A stretch of DNA of 64,000 nucleotides from Eledone cirrhosa (lineage: Eukaryota): positions 343,852,001 to 343,916,000 of the forward strand of contig OZ024742.1 of assembly GCA_964016885.1 (NCBI GenBank), in the 5' to 3' direction. The notes beneath the pieces are model-generated. The model was not told where the DNA came from. It did not search any database and saw only the letters and a list, made by a program, of their open reading frames with translations. Shown here piece by piece: positions 43,781-58,658 of this stretch (position 1 is its first letter; the number at the start of each line of letters is the position of its first letter). A program made the translations under genes and the position numbers.

Positions 43781-44414
43781 GGATGGTTTCCTTTCTGAGG
43801 TAATCAAAACCAGGAAATTGGGGAAACCAGGTTATAAACCTAAGGGAAAGGGCTGTGTCTTTAGGTCTGCATCAAAAGGTAAGCGCCCTTTAATTTGACC
43901 ATTTTTACAATGCTGAAGCTGTTTCTGTTGAGAGGTTGATCTACCATATTTACAAGGCGGCCAATATGCAGCTTCGGTTTAAATGGTATTTTCTCTGTCC
44001 ACTTGCACTCTCTAAGTTAACATTCTGCTAATGTTAGTGTTTTACTTTTCATTCTTTAATAAATGTAAGAGCCCAAAGCCGGCTGATTAGGGGAATTGTT
44101 AATGAGTTGAGAACTGATCCGGCTCTCTATCCATTTATCAAAATATGTGGTTGGGGGTGGGGAATAGAAAAAGGACTGAAATGAATATTACTATGTCAAT
44201 GTATACAATATGAAAATAGCTGAAGTTTCATACAATAGCAACTTCGCTAACGTACAATTTCCTCAAAAACACAAACACATGTACATGTATGTGTATATAT
44301 ATGTATATTATATATATATATAATATAAACAATGTATTATATGGTTCGTTGATTATTATTCAACAGAGTTAATTTTGTAACAGATTTGAAGCACTCTACA
44401 ATTTTTCTGGAGTA

Positions 44415-45820
44415 TTATGGTGGATTGGCAGTATTGGTAGAGGGTTGGACGCCATGCTTTCCAGCATAGTTACGTCCCTTTATGATCTGAGTTCAAATCC
44501 CGCCGAGGTTGACTTTGCCTTTCATCCTTACGGGGTCGATAAAATAAAGTACCAGTAATGCACTGGGTAATTGCTGGCCTTGTGCCTAAAGTAGAAACAA
44601 TTATTAATATTAACAATATTAATAGGGCGGTGAATTGGCAGTATCGGTAGAGGGTCAGACGCCATGCTTTCCAGCATAGTTACGTCCCTTTACGGTCTGA
44701 GTTCAAATCCCGTCGAGGTTAACTTTGCCTTTCATCCTTACCAGGTCGATAAAATAAAGTACCAGTAATGAACTGGTTGTTTGCTGGCCTTGTGCCAAAA
44801 GTAGAAACAATTATTAATATTAACAATATTAATAAATGGAAAATATCTTTATAATACTATATTTATTTTATTATACGTAGTTCAAGGATACTAAATTTTA
44901 GTAGGCTTTCATCAGATAAAATATAATATCTGCTATTAAGTATCTATAACGTATTATGTTATCTGTAACTGGCATTTATAATTCATATACAAGGCTTAAG
45001 TGTCTGATCTAATCCTTTAGTCGGTTTAACCGCGAACACTGCTTCAACAGAGTCCACTCGGTTGAAATCTGTTGGAAGTAATCATCAAATTTTAGGGGGC
45101 AACAAAGCAACAAACTTTTTTCTATTCTCATTCCAATCTTGAGTTCCTAAACACACAAACACACACATGCATACGTACGCACAAACACATGCATACACCA
45201 CTCACACGCACACACAGACAGACATATATATGTTATCATTATTATTTGGCAGTATCAGTGGAGGGTCGGACGCCATGCTTTCCAGCATAGTTACGTCCCT
45301 TTACGATCTGAGTTCAAATCCCGCCGAGGTTGACTTTGCCTTTCATCCCTACGGGGTCGATAAAATAAAGTACCAGTAATGCACTGGGTAATTTCTGACC
45401 TTGTGCCTGAAGTAGAAACAATTATTATTACTTATATATGAGGTGAAATCCCACCAAGGTTAGCTTTGTCTTTTTTCCTTACGGGGTCGATAAAATAAAG
45501 CACCAGTAATACACTGGGGTCGATTTAATCGACTTTCCCCTCGCATTCAAATTGCTGGTCTTGAGCCTAAAGTAGAAAACATTATTATTATTTATATAAG
45601 GGCGGAGGATTGGTAGTATCGTTAAAGCGTCGTACATTATGCTTTGTGGTATTTAGTTACGGTCCTTTAAATTCTGAGCTCAAATCCCACCGAGGTTAGC
45701 TTTGCCTTTCATCCTTACAGGGTTGATCAAATAAAGTACCAGTAATGCACTGGAGTCGGTTTAATCGACTCCTTCTGCGCCCAAATTGTCGGCCTTATGC
45801 CTAAATCAGAAACAATTTTG
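44415..45820 (+). mobile_element. Cluster of five Meta-type SINEs
   Basis: Near-consensus copies at about 44415, 44625, 45245, 45440 and 45600. Confidence 0.85.
44864..44923 (-). ncRNA. Type I hammerhead, TATTTTAT family (A15.1 changed to C)
   Basis: TATTTTAT-CTGATGA-AAGccTACTAAAaTTTAGTAtcCTT-GAA-c TACGTA T-A-ATAAAATA. Confidence 0.65.
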
Positions 45821-46179
45821 AAATATTAAAAAAACTACTTTAATTATTGTATATGTGTTCCAATGAAGTTGCTATTTAAATACCAATTCTGCTGGATCAG
45901 GATCTCAGCCATTACAAAACATTTCTCTCTTCAAATAAAATAAATACTGTTGAAAACGAAATAAAAAAATGACGGAACAAATAACCAAAATTAAACCGAT
46001 GATATAGATACGTAAATCAATCAATAAATACATGGATCAATAAATCAATAAATGTTCGTGAGGTTTCGTACTGTTATCTTTTTAAAGACAAACATGTGGT
46101 TAATGTTGCTGCCATTGTTGTTGTTCTTTCCGCTGTTGTTGTTGACGTGGTCGTTACTGCTGCTGCTATTGTTGTTGAA

Positions 46180-48585
46180 GTCTACTACTTTAAATTGTGG
46201 ACAACCTACACTAGCCTTATCTGTTTTCCTACAGAATACCCTATCTAAATACGATCTGGATGACCCGATGCGGTTTGCACATGTCTACATTGGCACATTC
46301 GGATAATCCAGTCTATACCTGCCAGACAGTGCAAAAAGTCTGAGCAGGTTGTTGAGGCTTTTACACCTTCCTGCCCTGTCTACTAGCCCCACATAATCCC
46401 AGCGTGCATCTAAGATACCGTTCCAGTCGCCCACTAACGCTAAAGAGCGGGAGGTTCCAAGAAAGGTCTCTAGACGTCTGAAGAAATCTGGCCGTCCTGC
46501 CCCTGTTGGGTCGTAGACGGCTACTAGCTTGAAAGCATTGCCTTCGCTGCCAGCACCACCGACTTACCTTCTGGGTCCAAGCCTCTCTGAAAAAGCACGG
46601 CAACCCCTCCACGCGATCCTGAACGGCTGGGTGATGCGTATACATCGTAGCCGCCGAAGATCGGTGCGAAAGCTCGTGCTTCGGAGATTCTGGTCTCGCT
46701 GATGGCCACCACATCTATGTTTAGTGACCTGAGGTCGTTGAGCAGGTGACCCTGCTTCCAAGATGACCCCAGGCCACGTACATTTATACTGCCTATTCTA
46801 AGTACGGCCATGTTGGATGAGAAACGGGTAAGTGAGAAAGGATCACTTACCTTGATCGTGTGGTGAAGGGACAGTAGAACCGTCCCTTTGGCTGGTCATG
46901 GGTGTTTCCAAGATGATTTTGATTTCAATGATGCTTATGTTTGTCGGGAGAGTTCTTGGTGTTGGTGGGGTCTAGTAGTTTTTTTCTGTGATGTCTGTGT
47001 GCTGCTTTATATGTTGTAAGAGTTCTTTATTTGCCATGTTTATGGCTGTGTACTTTTTTGGGGGAGGGGCGATTTTGTTGCTGTTTTCTTGTTGCTGTTG
47101 GGTGTGTGTGTTTTGTTGTGTTTGCGATGTTGGTGTTTTTGGTGATGCTGGTGGTGGTGTGGTTGTTGTTGGTGGTGATGCATGTGGTGGTGATGGTGAT
47201 GGTGGTGGTGTTGCTGCAAGTCTCCTTGCAGCCTTTACCCCTTTTCGTTTGCCTTCGCTTTTGGAGGGTGAAACTAAGGGGTTTTTGTTTTTTGTGTTTT
47301 TGTGGCAGACCGTTTTCTACTTCCCTCCAGCCTCACACTCCATGTCGGAACCCGCGGCGTCCGGGAGGGGCATGAGCTCCACTGCTGTTGGTGGTGGTAG
47401 TGGAGCCCGCTTCGGCGATTTTACCGCCGGTGTAGCTACTGCGGCCGTTGGTGTTGCTGCCACTGCTGCCGCTGCTTTAGTTGTCCGTGGCCTTGGTATG
47501 GGTGCCACGGACGTTGCCCTCCTACTCACCATGGAAGGGTCTTCTGCCTCTATTGCCTGCCCTGCACTTGGTAGTAGCGGATAAGGCGTCGGAAGGAGGG
47601 GGGGGGGGCCTTCTTCTTGGCTGTTTTTTGCGGGTAGAAGGCCCTGAGGCGACCCTTCTGCCCACAGACATAGCACTTTGAGCGCCTTCCTTCCACGCTT
47701 ACAGGGAGTTGGAGCCCTTCTTCGAGGTCTATGATGTCTGGGATGGCCTCGATGCACTCTTGGTTAGTCTGTCTTAGCATTTGCATGCCTATTCCTGACC
47801 AGTTCTCTCTTCCCATTCCCTCTATTTGCAGTATGGTGGTCTTCTCCTCGATTTCAGCCAGTACAGACACGGCCAGCCAAGGTATGGGCACGTCGGGCGG
47901 GACCTGGGTCACTTTGACCCTCACAATTTTCTGCCCGCAGTAGGAGGGCACCAAGACTATCTCCTCACTCTTTAGGGTTTCCAAAGAGTGAGACTTCGCC
48001 TCTTGGGGGTGGCGAAATGTACGTCTACTGTGGCGTACTTTTTGCCTCGGGTGATGTGGGTTTTTCGCGCCCAGACGCACCCCAAGGCCTTTTGGATTTG
48101 AGCCTCCGTGGCTCTCTCCACCCGATGTGACATATTGCTTACGGTGCGGTAAGTCAGCCTGCGCAGTTGCTGGTCGTTGAAGAAATTGGGTGGAGGTTTC
48201 AGGGAAACTCTATTGTCGTTTCTCGACACCTTGGCTCTTGCGACTGCCATCTCCTCCTCCGTGACTAGCACTGTCTCTATATTTCGGGCCACACCTACGA
48301 AAGAAGTGGCCCCTTTTACAGCGGCACCATTATTGCTGCCGCTACTGCTGCTACTGGTCTTGTTGTTGGTGCTGTTGTTGTTGCTACTGCTACAAACAGT
48401 GTTGCTGGTGTTGTTGCTGTTATCACTGTTGTAGTTGGTTGTGTTTTGGGTGCCACCGTTGTTGTTTTCGGTGCAATTTGTATTGTTGCTGTTGATGTTG
48501 TCGTTGTTTATTTTCTTGTTAGTGTTGTTAATATCGTTGTTGCATTTGTTGTCATTTTTTTCTGTTGTCTGTATTCATTCATTTG

Positions 48586-48586
<1 letters not shown>
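46180..48586 (-). mobile_element. Second Tx1 element: degenerate ORF1 and APE domain, truncated at the 3' side
   Basis: VEGRRSKCYVCGQKG; MAVLRIGSINVRGLGSSWKQ..LLNDLRS; RYRLDYP..SRSYLDRV; 5' end abuts (TA)n at 48587. Confidence 0.88.
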
Positions 48587-48646
<60 letters not shown>

Positions 48647-48688
48647 GAAGATAATAATAAATGGAAACTATATTTATAAAACCATATT

Positions 48689-48753
48689 TATTTTATTATA
48701 TATATTTCAAGGCCGACCAAGCAAATCTTGGTGCGCTTTCATCAGATAAAATA
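48689..48753 (-). ncRNA. Type I hammerhead, TATTTTAT family
   Basis: TATTTTAT-CTGATGA-AAG..ACCAAG atttg CTTGGT..CTT-GAA-A TATATA T-A-ATAAAATA. Confidence 0.82.
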
Positions 48754-49539
48754 CAAAATTTGTTTTATAAATAATGACATACCCATGGAGATCAGACCTT
48801 AACGGACCGAAGATTCGCTGGATAGTGGAAACTTATTAGGGGTAATTCAAAGTTATGTGTGAATATGCAAATGAATGTATGAAAAATTGAAAAAACAACC
48901 GTTTATTTAAATTACGCTGGGGGAGGATGAGAATAAAGAGAGAGTGAAAAATTTACTGTTATGAGATATATAGAAAAATAAAAAGAAGAGAAGAGAGAAA
49001 TTTAACAGAGGATGAACTCATATAACGTAAGTAAGTCTAAAAATTATATTAAAGTTACGTATATTTAGTAATTATTTTGTTGTTAGAATTCTAATATAAT
49101 ACAATATAATATTAAGTTTTATAGGTAAAAAGAAAAATATATATATAGAAAAAATAGATATATAGAAAAAGTAAATATATATATAAGAATATATATTGAA
49201 AATATAATAATATATATTGAAAAGTAAATTGAGAAAAATATAGATAGAAGAATATATATATGAATAGAGGAATGGATATATGAGTGGATATATGGCTATA
49301 TTCTGTTATAGATAATTATTTTAATAATTTATGAGGGATACTGGTTTATATTTATATTTAGTGTAAGTAATTAAATTAAATGAGTTAATATGAATATTTA
49401 TATGTTTTTAATATTTTAAATATTTTAAATTGGGAAGATAGTGAAAATCCCAATTTTGTTTATTTATTAGTTAGTATGAGACGATTTTGACGAAGATATG
49501 TTTTGAAAGATATATTTAGCCAGAATTAGTTATTGGTTA

Positions 49540-49990
49540 TATTAAAAAATATAAAAAAATATTTAAAAATATTAAAAATATTAAAGTATTGAAAATATTA
49601 AGAATATAAAAAAATATATAATATAAAAATATAAAAATATTAAAAGTTCTGGAAAAAATTCTGGAAAAAATTTCTGGAAAAAAAATAAAAAAAGATTTTT
49701 CAGAATCTCAAAAGATCCTCCCAAAAAAACCTTTTTAAAAAATACTTAAACTATTTAAAATGCTTAAAATTATTCTAAAATACTTAAAATATTTTAAAAT
49801 ATTTAAAAATATTTAAAAATATTTAAAAATATTTAAAAATATTTAAATATATTTAAAAATATTTAAAAATATTTAAAAATATTTAAAAATATTTAAAACC
49901 TTTAAAAAATACTTTTAAAATATTAAAAAAAATATAAAAAAATATTTTTTTAAAAAATTTTAAACAAAATAATTTTTTAAGATAATAATT
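49540..49990. repeat. AT-rich low-complexity region with 10-bp (ATTTAAAAAT)n
   Basis: Direct inspection. Confidence 0.9.
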
Positions 49991-50228
49991 TTTAAGAAAT
50001 AAGTGATTTAAAAAAAAAAAGTAAGTAATTTTTAAACGAATGAGATATTTTGGAAGTAAAAAAAAAAAAAAAATATATATAAAGAAGAAACTAAAAGATG
50101 GTTAAAAGAGTTCCATATATACAAAATCATCATGGGACAAAACTTATTTACAGGAAAGCGCTAAGTCTACATGTAGACCTAGCACTTTCCTGTAAACAAG
50201 TGCTATTATGCCTCATATCATGTTACCT

Positions 50229-50298
50229 TATTTTATCTGATGAGAACACAATTTTTGTCCTAGGAGGATTTTGTATTCGAAATGCGCATAATAAAATA
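50229..50298 (+). ncRNA. Type I hammerhead, TATTTTAT family, within a fold-back at 50094-50322
   Basis: TATTTTAT-CTGATGA-GAAcACAA...TTGTaTTC-GAA-A TGCGCA T-A-ATAAAATA. Confidence 0.82.
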
Positions 50299-50432
50299 TA
50301 TGGAACTCTTTTAACCATCTTTTAATATCTTTTTTATCATATCTACTCCAGTTTTACCAACTGTTGAGTGCTACTTATCTGATATATGCATAGTTTTATT
50401 GTTCTACAATATTACTCACCTTCTACGCACAT

Positions 50433-50537
<105 letters not shown>

Positions 50538-51389
50538 TAATATAGATGAGATTCTACAGGACTAGAAGAAAAGAGAAATTCTTTTAAAGCTAATTCATTA
50601 AAGCTCTACTTAGAGTGACAAATGCAGAGAGGATTCTATAAACCAGTTCAAATATTGGGTGCCTGTCTATCATGACAATTTGTGGAGGGAAGGGGTAACT
50701 GAACCTGCCAGTAGAAGAAAGAGGGAGAGGGAGTGGAAGAAACCCAACCGTGCGTTGTTAGTGCCAACTACAGCAGGATCCTAAGGGCAGGAGGTCAAGC
50801 AAGTATACTAGGGAGGGGGAGGGGGAGGAAGTCGAAACAATAAGTAAATCAATATGGAGTAAATATATAGAAGAATACCAAGAATGTTAAAAATATAAAA
50901 AAACAATTTCTGGTTACTATTCCCTAACCACAATCATCAAGTCTCTCACTGGTACTGCTAAACTATAGAAAAGTTTACTAGGTGGCACGGAATTGTAGTG
51001 AGACAATTTCATGAGTTAGCAGTAATCAACCGAGTATATCTTACAGTGACAGGTCAACAAGTAGGGGGCCAAAATACTAAAGAAACTACGACGAAATAAT
51101 AATTCAGAGTCCCGAAACTAATACGAAATAATTGTTTGTACTTTAGGCACAAGGCCAGCAATTACCCAGTGCAAAACATAAACTAATACGAAATAATAAT
51201 TCAGAATCCCGAAAATGAATACTAATACTATCTCTAAGGGTGCCGCTACGATACAAAAATTCTAGTGCAAACTACATAAATGCTCGTCGAAGTATATGAA
51301 AAATTTGATACGGAAAATTAATTCAGAATCCCCCCCCCCCTTCCCAAACAAAAATAAGTACTGATATACGAGAAACTAAAGCAGAGATA

Positions 51390-52854
<1,465 letters not shown>

Positions 52855-53081
52855 TATATAACCATACATATACATATATATATATTTATATATATATATA
52901 TATATACATACATACACATATACATATACATACATACACATACATACACATACATATATACAAACAGACATATACATACACATATATACGCATACACATA
53001 CATATATATACACATTAACACATACACACACACACACACATATATATACACACACACATAGACATATATACACATATACAC

Positions 53082-53144
<63 letters not shown>

Positions 53145-53308
53145 GACACAAATATATATACTCATATACACACATACACATACATATACACACATATACA
53201 CACATACACACACACACGCACATATATATATATACATGTATACATATATATATATACACACATACATACACATACATATACACACATATACACATACACA
53301 CACACATG

Positions 53309-53349
<41 letters not shown>

Positions 53350-53450
53350 ACATTTATATATATATATACACATACATACACATACACACATACATATATC
53401 TATATATACATATATATATATATATATATACATATATATACATATACATA

Positions 53451-53804
<354 letters not shown>

Positions 53805-53929
53805 TACATATATATATACATATATACATATATACATATATATATATACATATACATACATATATACACACATACGTATATATATATACACATATAGACA
53901 CTCATATACACATACATATACACACACAG

Positions 53930-53978
<49 letters not shown>

Positions 53979-54003
53979 CATATATATACATATATATATA
54001 TAT

Positions 54004-54072
<69 letters not shown>

Positions 54073-54259
54073 AATATACACATACATGCCCATATGCAGG
54101 TACATATGAACTCACGTACACACAACCATACGCATACAAACGAACGGACTCTCATACTAATACGTACATACATGTACTCATAAATATACGCATATACACA
54201 GGCACATAAATACAGCTCTACACGCAGGAAATGCAGATAGTAAAGGGTACTTATATGAC

Positions 54260-54610
54260 CATAGTGCCGTGTTTCAGGTCGAGAAGTGGTAGGGTAGGGT
54301 GGATGGAGGTAGAGGGGTATTTTGTCGAGTGGGGTTAAAAAAAATAAGTGGGAAATCTTTTTTAGCCATCTGGCATTAACACTGGCTTAAGGTATTTGAA
54401 AGTTGCAAAGTTTTTGTGCATGCAGTGTTCAAAGAGTTTGTTCAGTATGTTGGCCCTGGCGAATAATATTTCGCAGCTCTCTGAGATGCAAAGGTCGCAG
54501 TACTTTGTCCTCCATTGTATGAGCGCGCTCTCTGGAGTATTTTCCATTTAAGCGTGAAGGGGGTGGAGTTCCTTTTGCGGTCCCAAACATAGGAGGCGAG
54601 TGTTATTTTG
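54260..54610 (-). mobile_element. PLE GIY-YIG C-terminal remnant (frameshifted)
   Basis: TLASYVWDRK..FTLKWKILQRARSYNG / KYCDLCISESCEIL...ILNK..HCMHK. Confidence 0.78.
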
Positions 54611-54656
54611 TGTATATATATGTATATATGTGTGTGTGTATATATATATTTATATA

Positions 54657-54724
<68 letters not shown>

Positions 54725-55230
54725 AATATGTGTATGTATATGTTAGTGTATGTTTGTATATGTGTATATTTATATGTGTGTGTGAGTATGTGAAGGTGTC
54801 TGTAGAAACCTGAAATATAGCTTAAGAGAAACATGACAATAAGGACAGGCACCCAATATTTGAACTGGTTTATAGAATTCTCTCTGCCTTTGTCACTCAA
54901 AGTAGAGCTTCAAAGAATTAGCTTTTAAAGAATTTCCCTTTTCTTTAAACCCATCAAGCATGACTGACCGCCAACCATCTTATAGACACCTGAAATATAG
55001 GCATTGTTGGCTTAAGAGAAACTTAAAAATAAGGAGTGGCACCCCAATTTGAACTTGTTTAAAGAATTCTTTCTGCCTTTGTCACTCTAAATATAAATTA
55101 TAGCTTTAAAGAATTAACTTTTAATGAATTCCCTTTTCTGTCAACCAATGACCTCCACCCATCCCACTCCCCCCCACCCTCTTCTACCACCAGAAAAGAT
55201 ATAAATATCACCACATTTATTTGGACAGTC

Positions 55231-55281
55231 AGATTCCTGATGATTTCTCAAGAATGAAACAGTTCTAGTCCTGTAGAATCT
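55231..55281 (+). ncRNA. Type I hammerhead, family A, in pLTR 54800-55345
   Basis: AGATTC-CTGATGA-tTTCtcaaGAAt-GAA-ACAG ttctagtc CTGT-A-GAATCT. Confidence 0.82.
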
Positions 55282-55859
55282 CATCTATATTAAAACTGTT
55301 ATGCTCTGCTATGTATTGAGTACCTTACTTACTTTGCTTACCTCCGATTCAACCCGGAATAACTTACCTATATATATATGTATATATGTCACTATGTTGA
55401 AATACTCCCTCAATATAAGAACCAACGTGATATATTACTTAAAATATATTATAAACTATCTCCCAATAAATCAATCAAATTAACTTAGTGCATAATTTAA
55501 CTCTTAAATACTTCAACTGTCAACGTATGAAATTTGTTTAAATCAAAACTGCGATACTGTCTGATAAAATATTTTGCAGCTTTTCCTAACACTCGTCAGT
55601 GTTGTGGTTACAAGAAAACGTTCTAGCAGCAGCTGAATTTTTATGTGCTCTCGGGTCCCAAATAATAGGATGGGTGTGTGGAATAAGTGGGTAGGTTTGA
55701 ATAAGCGGAGGAGTTAGAATAAGGCGGTGGTGGAAAATCGGTCATATTTTTTAGGTTGACTCCGTTGATGTTTTTTTTTAAACCAAACTTAGTTGTTTAG
55801 TTTACATATTGAGACCCCAACCTATCTTATTTATTTTAAAATGTATGGCATTTTTAGTA

Positions 55860-56515
55860 ATGTATAGTATAGTATTACTTTTGAAAATATATAGTATAGT
55901 ATTACTGTTGAAAATATATACTACAGTACGGTATTACTGTTGAAAATATATGGTATAGTATAGTTTTACTGTTGAAAATATATAGTATAGTATAGTATTT
56001 TTGTTGTAAATATATAGTACGATATTACTGTTGAAAATATATAGTACAGTATTACTGCTGAAAATATATAGTATAGTATAGTATTACTGTTGAAAATATA
56101 TAGTACGGTATTACTGTTGAAAATATAGAGTACGGTATTACTGTTGAAAATATATAGTATAGTACAGTATTACTGTTGTAAATATATAGTACGGTATTAC
56201 TGTTGTAAATATATAGTACAGTATTACTGTTGGAAATATATAGTACGGTATTACTGTTGTAAATATATAGTACAGTATTACTGTTGTAAATATATAGTAC
56301 AGTATTACTGTTGAAAATATATAGTACAGTAAAGTATTACTGTTGAAAATATATAGTACAGTATTACAGTTGAAAATATATAGTACGGTACAGTATTACT
56401 GTTAAAAATATATAGTACGGTATTACTGTTGAAAATATATAGTATAGTACGGTATTACTGTTGTAAATATATAGTATAGTACAGTATTACTCTTGAAAAT
56501 ATATAGTATAGTTTT
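55860..56515. repeat. 27/32-bp minisatellite bracketed by a direct repeat of about 40 bp
   Basis: Unit gtattactgttgaaaatatatagta(tagta)cr; ttagtttacatattgagaccccaacc at about 55797 and 56521. Confidence 0.92.
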
Positions 56516-56966
56516 TATTTTTAGTTTACATATTGAGACCCCAACCCATCATATTTATTTTATCACAGAGTCTGTTTATGTATAGACACAATAGTGTACA
56601 TTGTGTATATTTCGACAGAATAATATATTTTACTCTCTCGATGAGATTTCTTGCAATGTACCTTTTTTGTCATGAATAATGTTCTTTAATGAAAAAAGAA
56701 AATTGAAATAAAATTTCGCCGGAGATAGATTAGCAAAATATAATAAGTGAGGGTGTGGAAACAAAATCTGCAAAATTAATAAACGAGGTTGTGTGGCGAT
56801 TAAGGGAGACGTGAGAGTAGGTGATCTGGCAAAATTCATAATTGTTCTTTTTTGTATGTTGTTATGATTTACTCTACCAAGGCTGGGTGTAAATGTGAAT
56901 ACATTGAGAAGTGAGTATGGCATTAAACAGACGGTTACAACACCGAATAAGTTTCTATCTCATTAG

Positions 56967-57158
56967 GGCGGGGGTTTGGCAGCATCGGTAGAGCGTCAAA
57001 CACCATGCTTTGCGTTCTGAGTTTAAATTTGCCGAAGTTAACTCTGCCTTTCATCCTTACGAGGTCAATAAAATAAAGTACCAGTGGTGCACTGGAATAA
57101 TAGCTGGCCTTGTGCCAAAAGTAGAAATTCTAGCACTCTTGTGGCAAATAAAGAAATA
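56967..57158 (+). mobile_element. Chimeric retrocopy: Meta-type SINE + Tx1 3' terminus, 11-bp TSD
   Basis: TATCTCATTAG at 56956-56966 and 57159-57169; cttgtggcaaataaagaaata matches the Tx1 end at about 28282-28302. Confidence 0.75.
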
Positions 57159-57279
57159 TATCTCATTAGAACCTGTGACAACGAAATCATAGAATGACTA
57201 GATAGACTCGGGCCGCAACTCATGGTGTCTAGAAATATCTGACTGATAAAATGACAAGTCAGTCAATCATATTGTCGGC

Positions 57280-57575
57280 CTCCCCACAGCCCCGGCGGAC
57301 AGAAGGGAGAAGGTGTTTCCCCGGTGGACGGCAAGGAAGACGCGCCGGAAAAGCCATTCCAGCTAGCGAGGCTCACACCTGCGGCTGGCCAGCTCAGCGC
57401 CTATGGTGATGAGTAGGGAAATAGCCCTAGGGTCGAGGACACCAGAAGGCTCCACTGCCAAGGGTACGACCGCAAACCTGTCGTAGAGAGACCGACATTT
57501 GAAGGGTTTGGCCTTCTCAGCCCGACGTGTAGCAGAACCTGGGTTAGTCGCAGGTTGCACCAGGTTGCGGCTGGA
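57280..57575 (-). mobile_element. CRE-clade RLE C-terminal remnant
   Basis: RRAEKAK..DRFAVVPLAVEPSG..WLFRRVFLAVHRGN. Confidence 0.78.
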
Positions 57576-58301
57576 TTTTGTATGTCTGTTGACGTTCACA
57601 CTCACATTCCTTATTAACTCCTCTAAACGTATTTTATGTACATTCACCCCACCACCACCATCCCCACCATACATATTCACTTGTATTATTTACCAAGATA
57701 CAAAGGGTGGTGGATTGGCAGTATCGGTAGAGGGTCGGACGCCATGCTTTGCAGCATGGAGTTACGGCGCTTTACGGTCTGATTTCAAATCCCGCCGAGG
57801 TTAACTTTGCCTTTCATCCTTACGGGATCGATAAAATAAAGTACCAGTAATGCACTGGGGTACTTGCTGGCCTTGTGCCAAAAGGAGAAGCAATTACACT
57901 TACAACACTTAATTTCACAACACTTACTCACTTTTAAGCAGAACCATTTTCGGGGGATTGAGGAAATGAGGAGGACTTAACATTTTTGTCGGCGCCTTGT
58001 TGACGCTTCGTGCTTTCATCATGCGCAAATCCAGCCGCTGTGTACGTTCCCGTGTTATTGACACCGTAAAACACAAGTCTGTGCTACTTCTATTAAAACC
58101 CCTTTTGTTGCACCTACACTGCAGTATGAACGCCCTGCGCAAGTATGCCGAACAGCGGTTGTGCTAATTCCGCGTTGACCCCTTTTGTCGCACCTTTGTT
58201 GCTGTGTTCAGTGCAACCAGTGCCGCCAGCGGTTGTGATATTTGCACTATGACCCCCTTCTGCTGCAGATGCGTTGCCACGCTGATTTCGTCATCTCAAT
58301 A

Positions 58302-58658
58302 TCTCTACTTAAACGTACATCCCTACTTGGTTTTCACACAATTGACTACATCGCTCCTTCGGATGATGTCTGTACGGATGACTGGGTGCGAATCTATAAA
58401 ACTCGAAAAGTACTTAACCGATTTTCTTCAAATGGAAGAAAAATCATACTCTAAGATTCAGTACGCTTAAAGAGTATCCAGCTGATTTTCTTCAGATTTT
58501 GCACATGCCTGCTGGTGTTCTACGTTTCCGGTAGATGAACAATCCTTCCCTGAGAATAAGGGAATTCAAAAAGTACACAGCTACATTCCTCAATCTTTGC
58601 ATATGCGTATTGCTATTTCACATTTCCTACCCCGTGCAACGCCGGGTCCTACTGCTAG
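58302..58658 (+). mobile_element. Non-autonomous Helitron (5' boundary uncertain)
   Basis: 3' GC hairpin CCCGTGCAACGCCGGG, 8 nt, then CTAG|T; candidate 5' A|TC. Confidence 0.65.

Noticed and set aside
46052-46306. Leu-rich signal-peptide-like ORF (similarly 48177-48749)
   Set aside because: Antisense translation of (CAA/CAG)-rich tracts and of the Tx1 element
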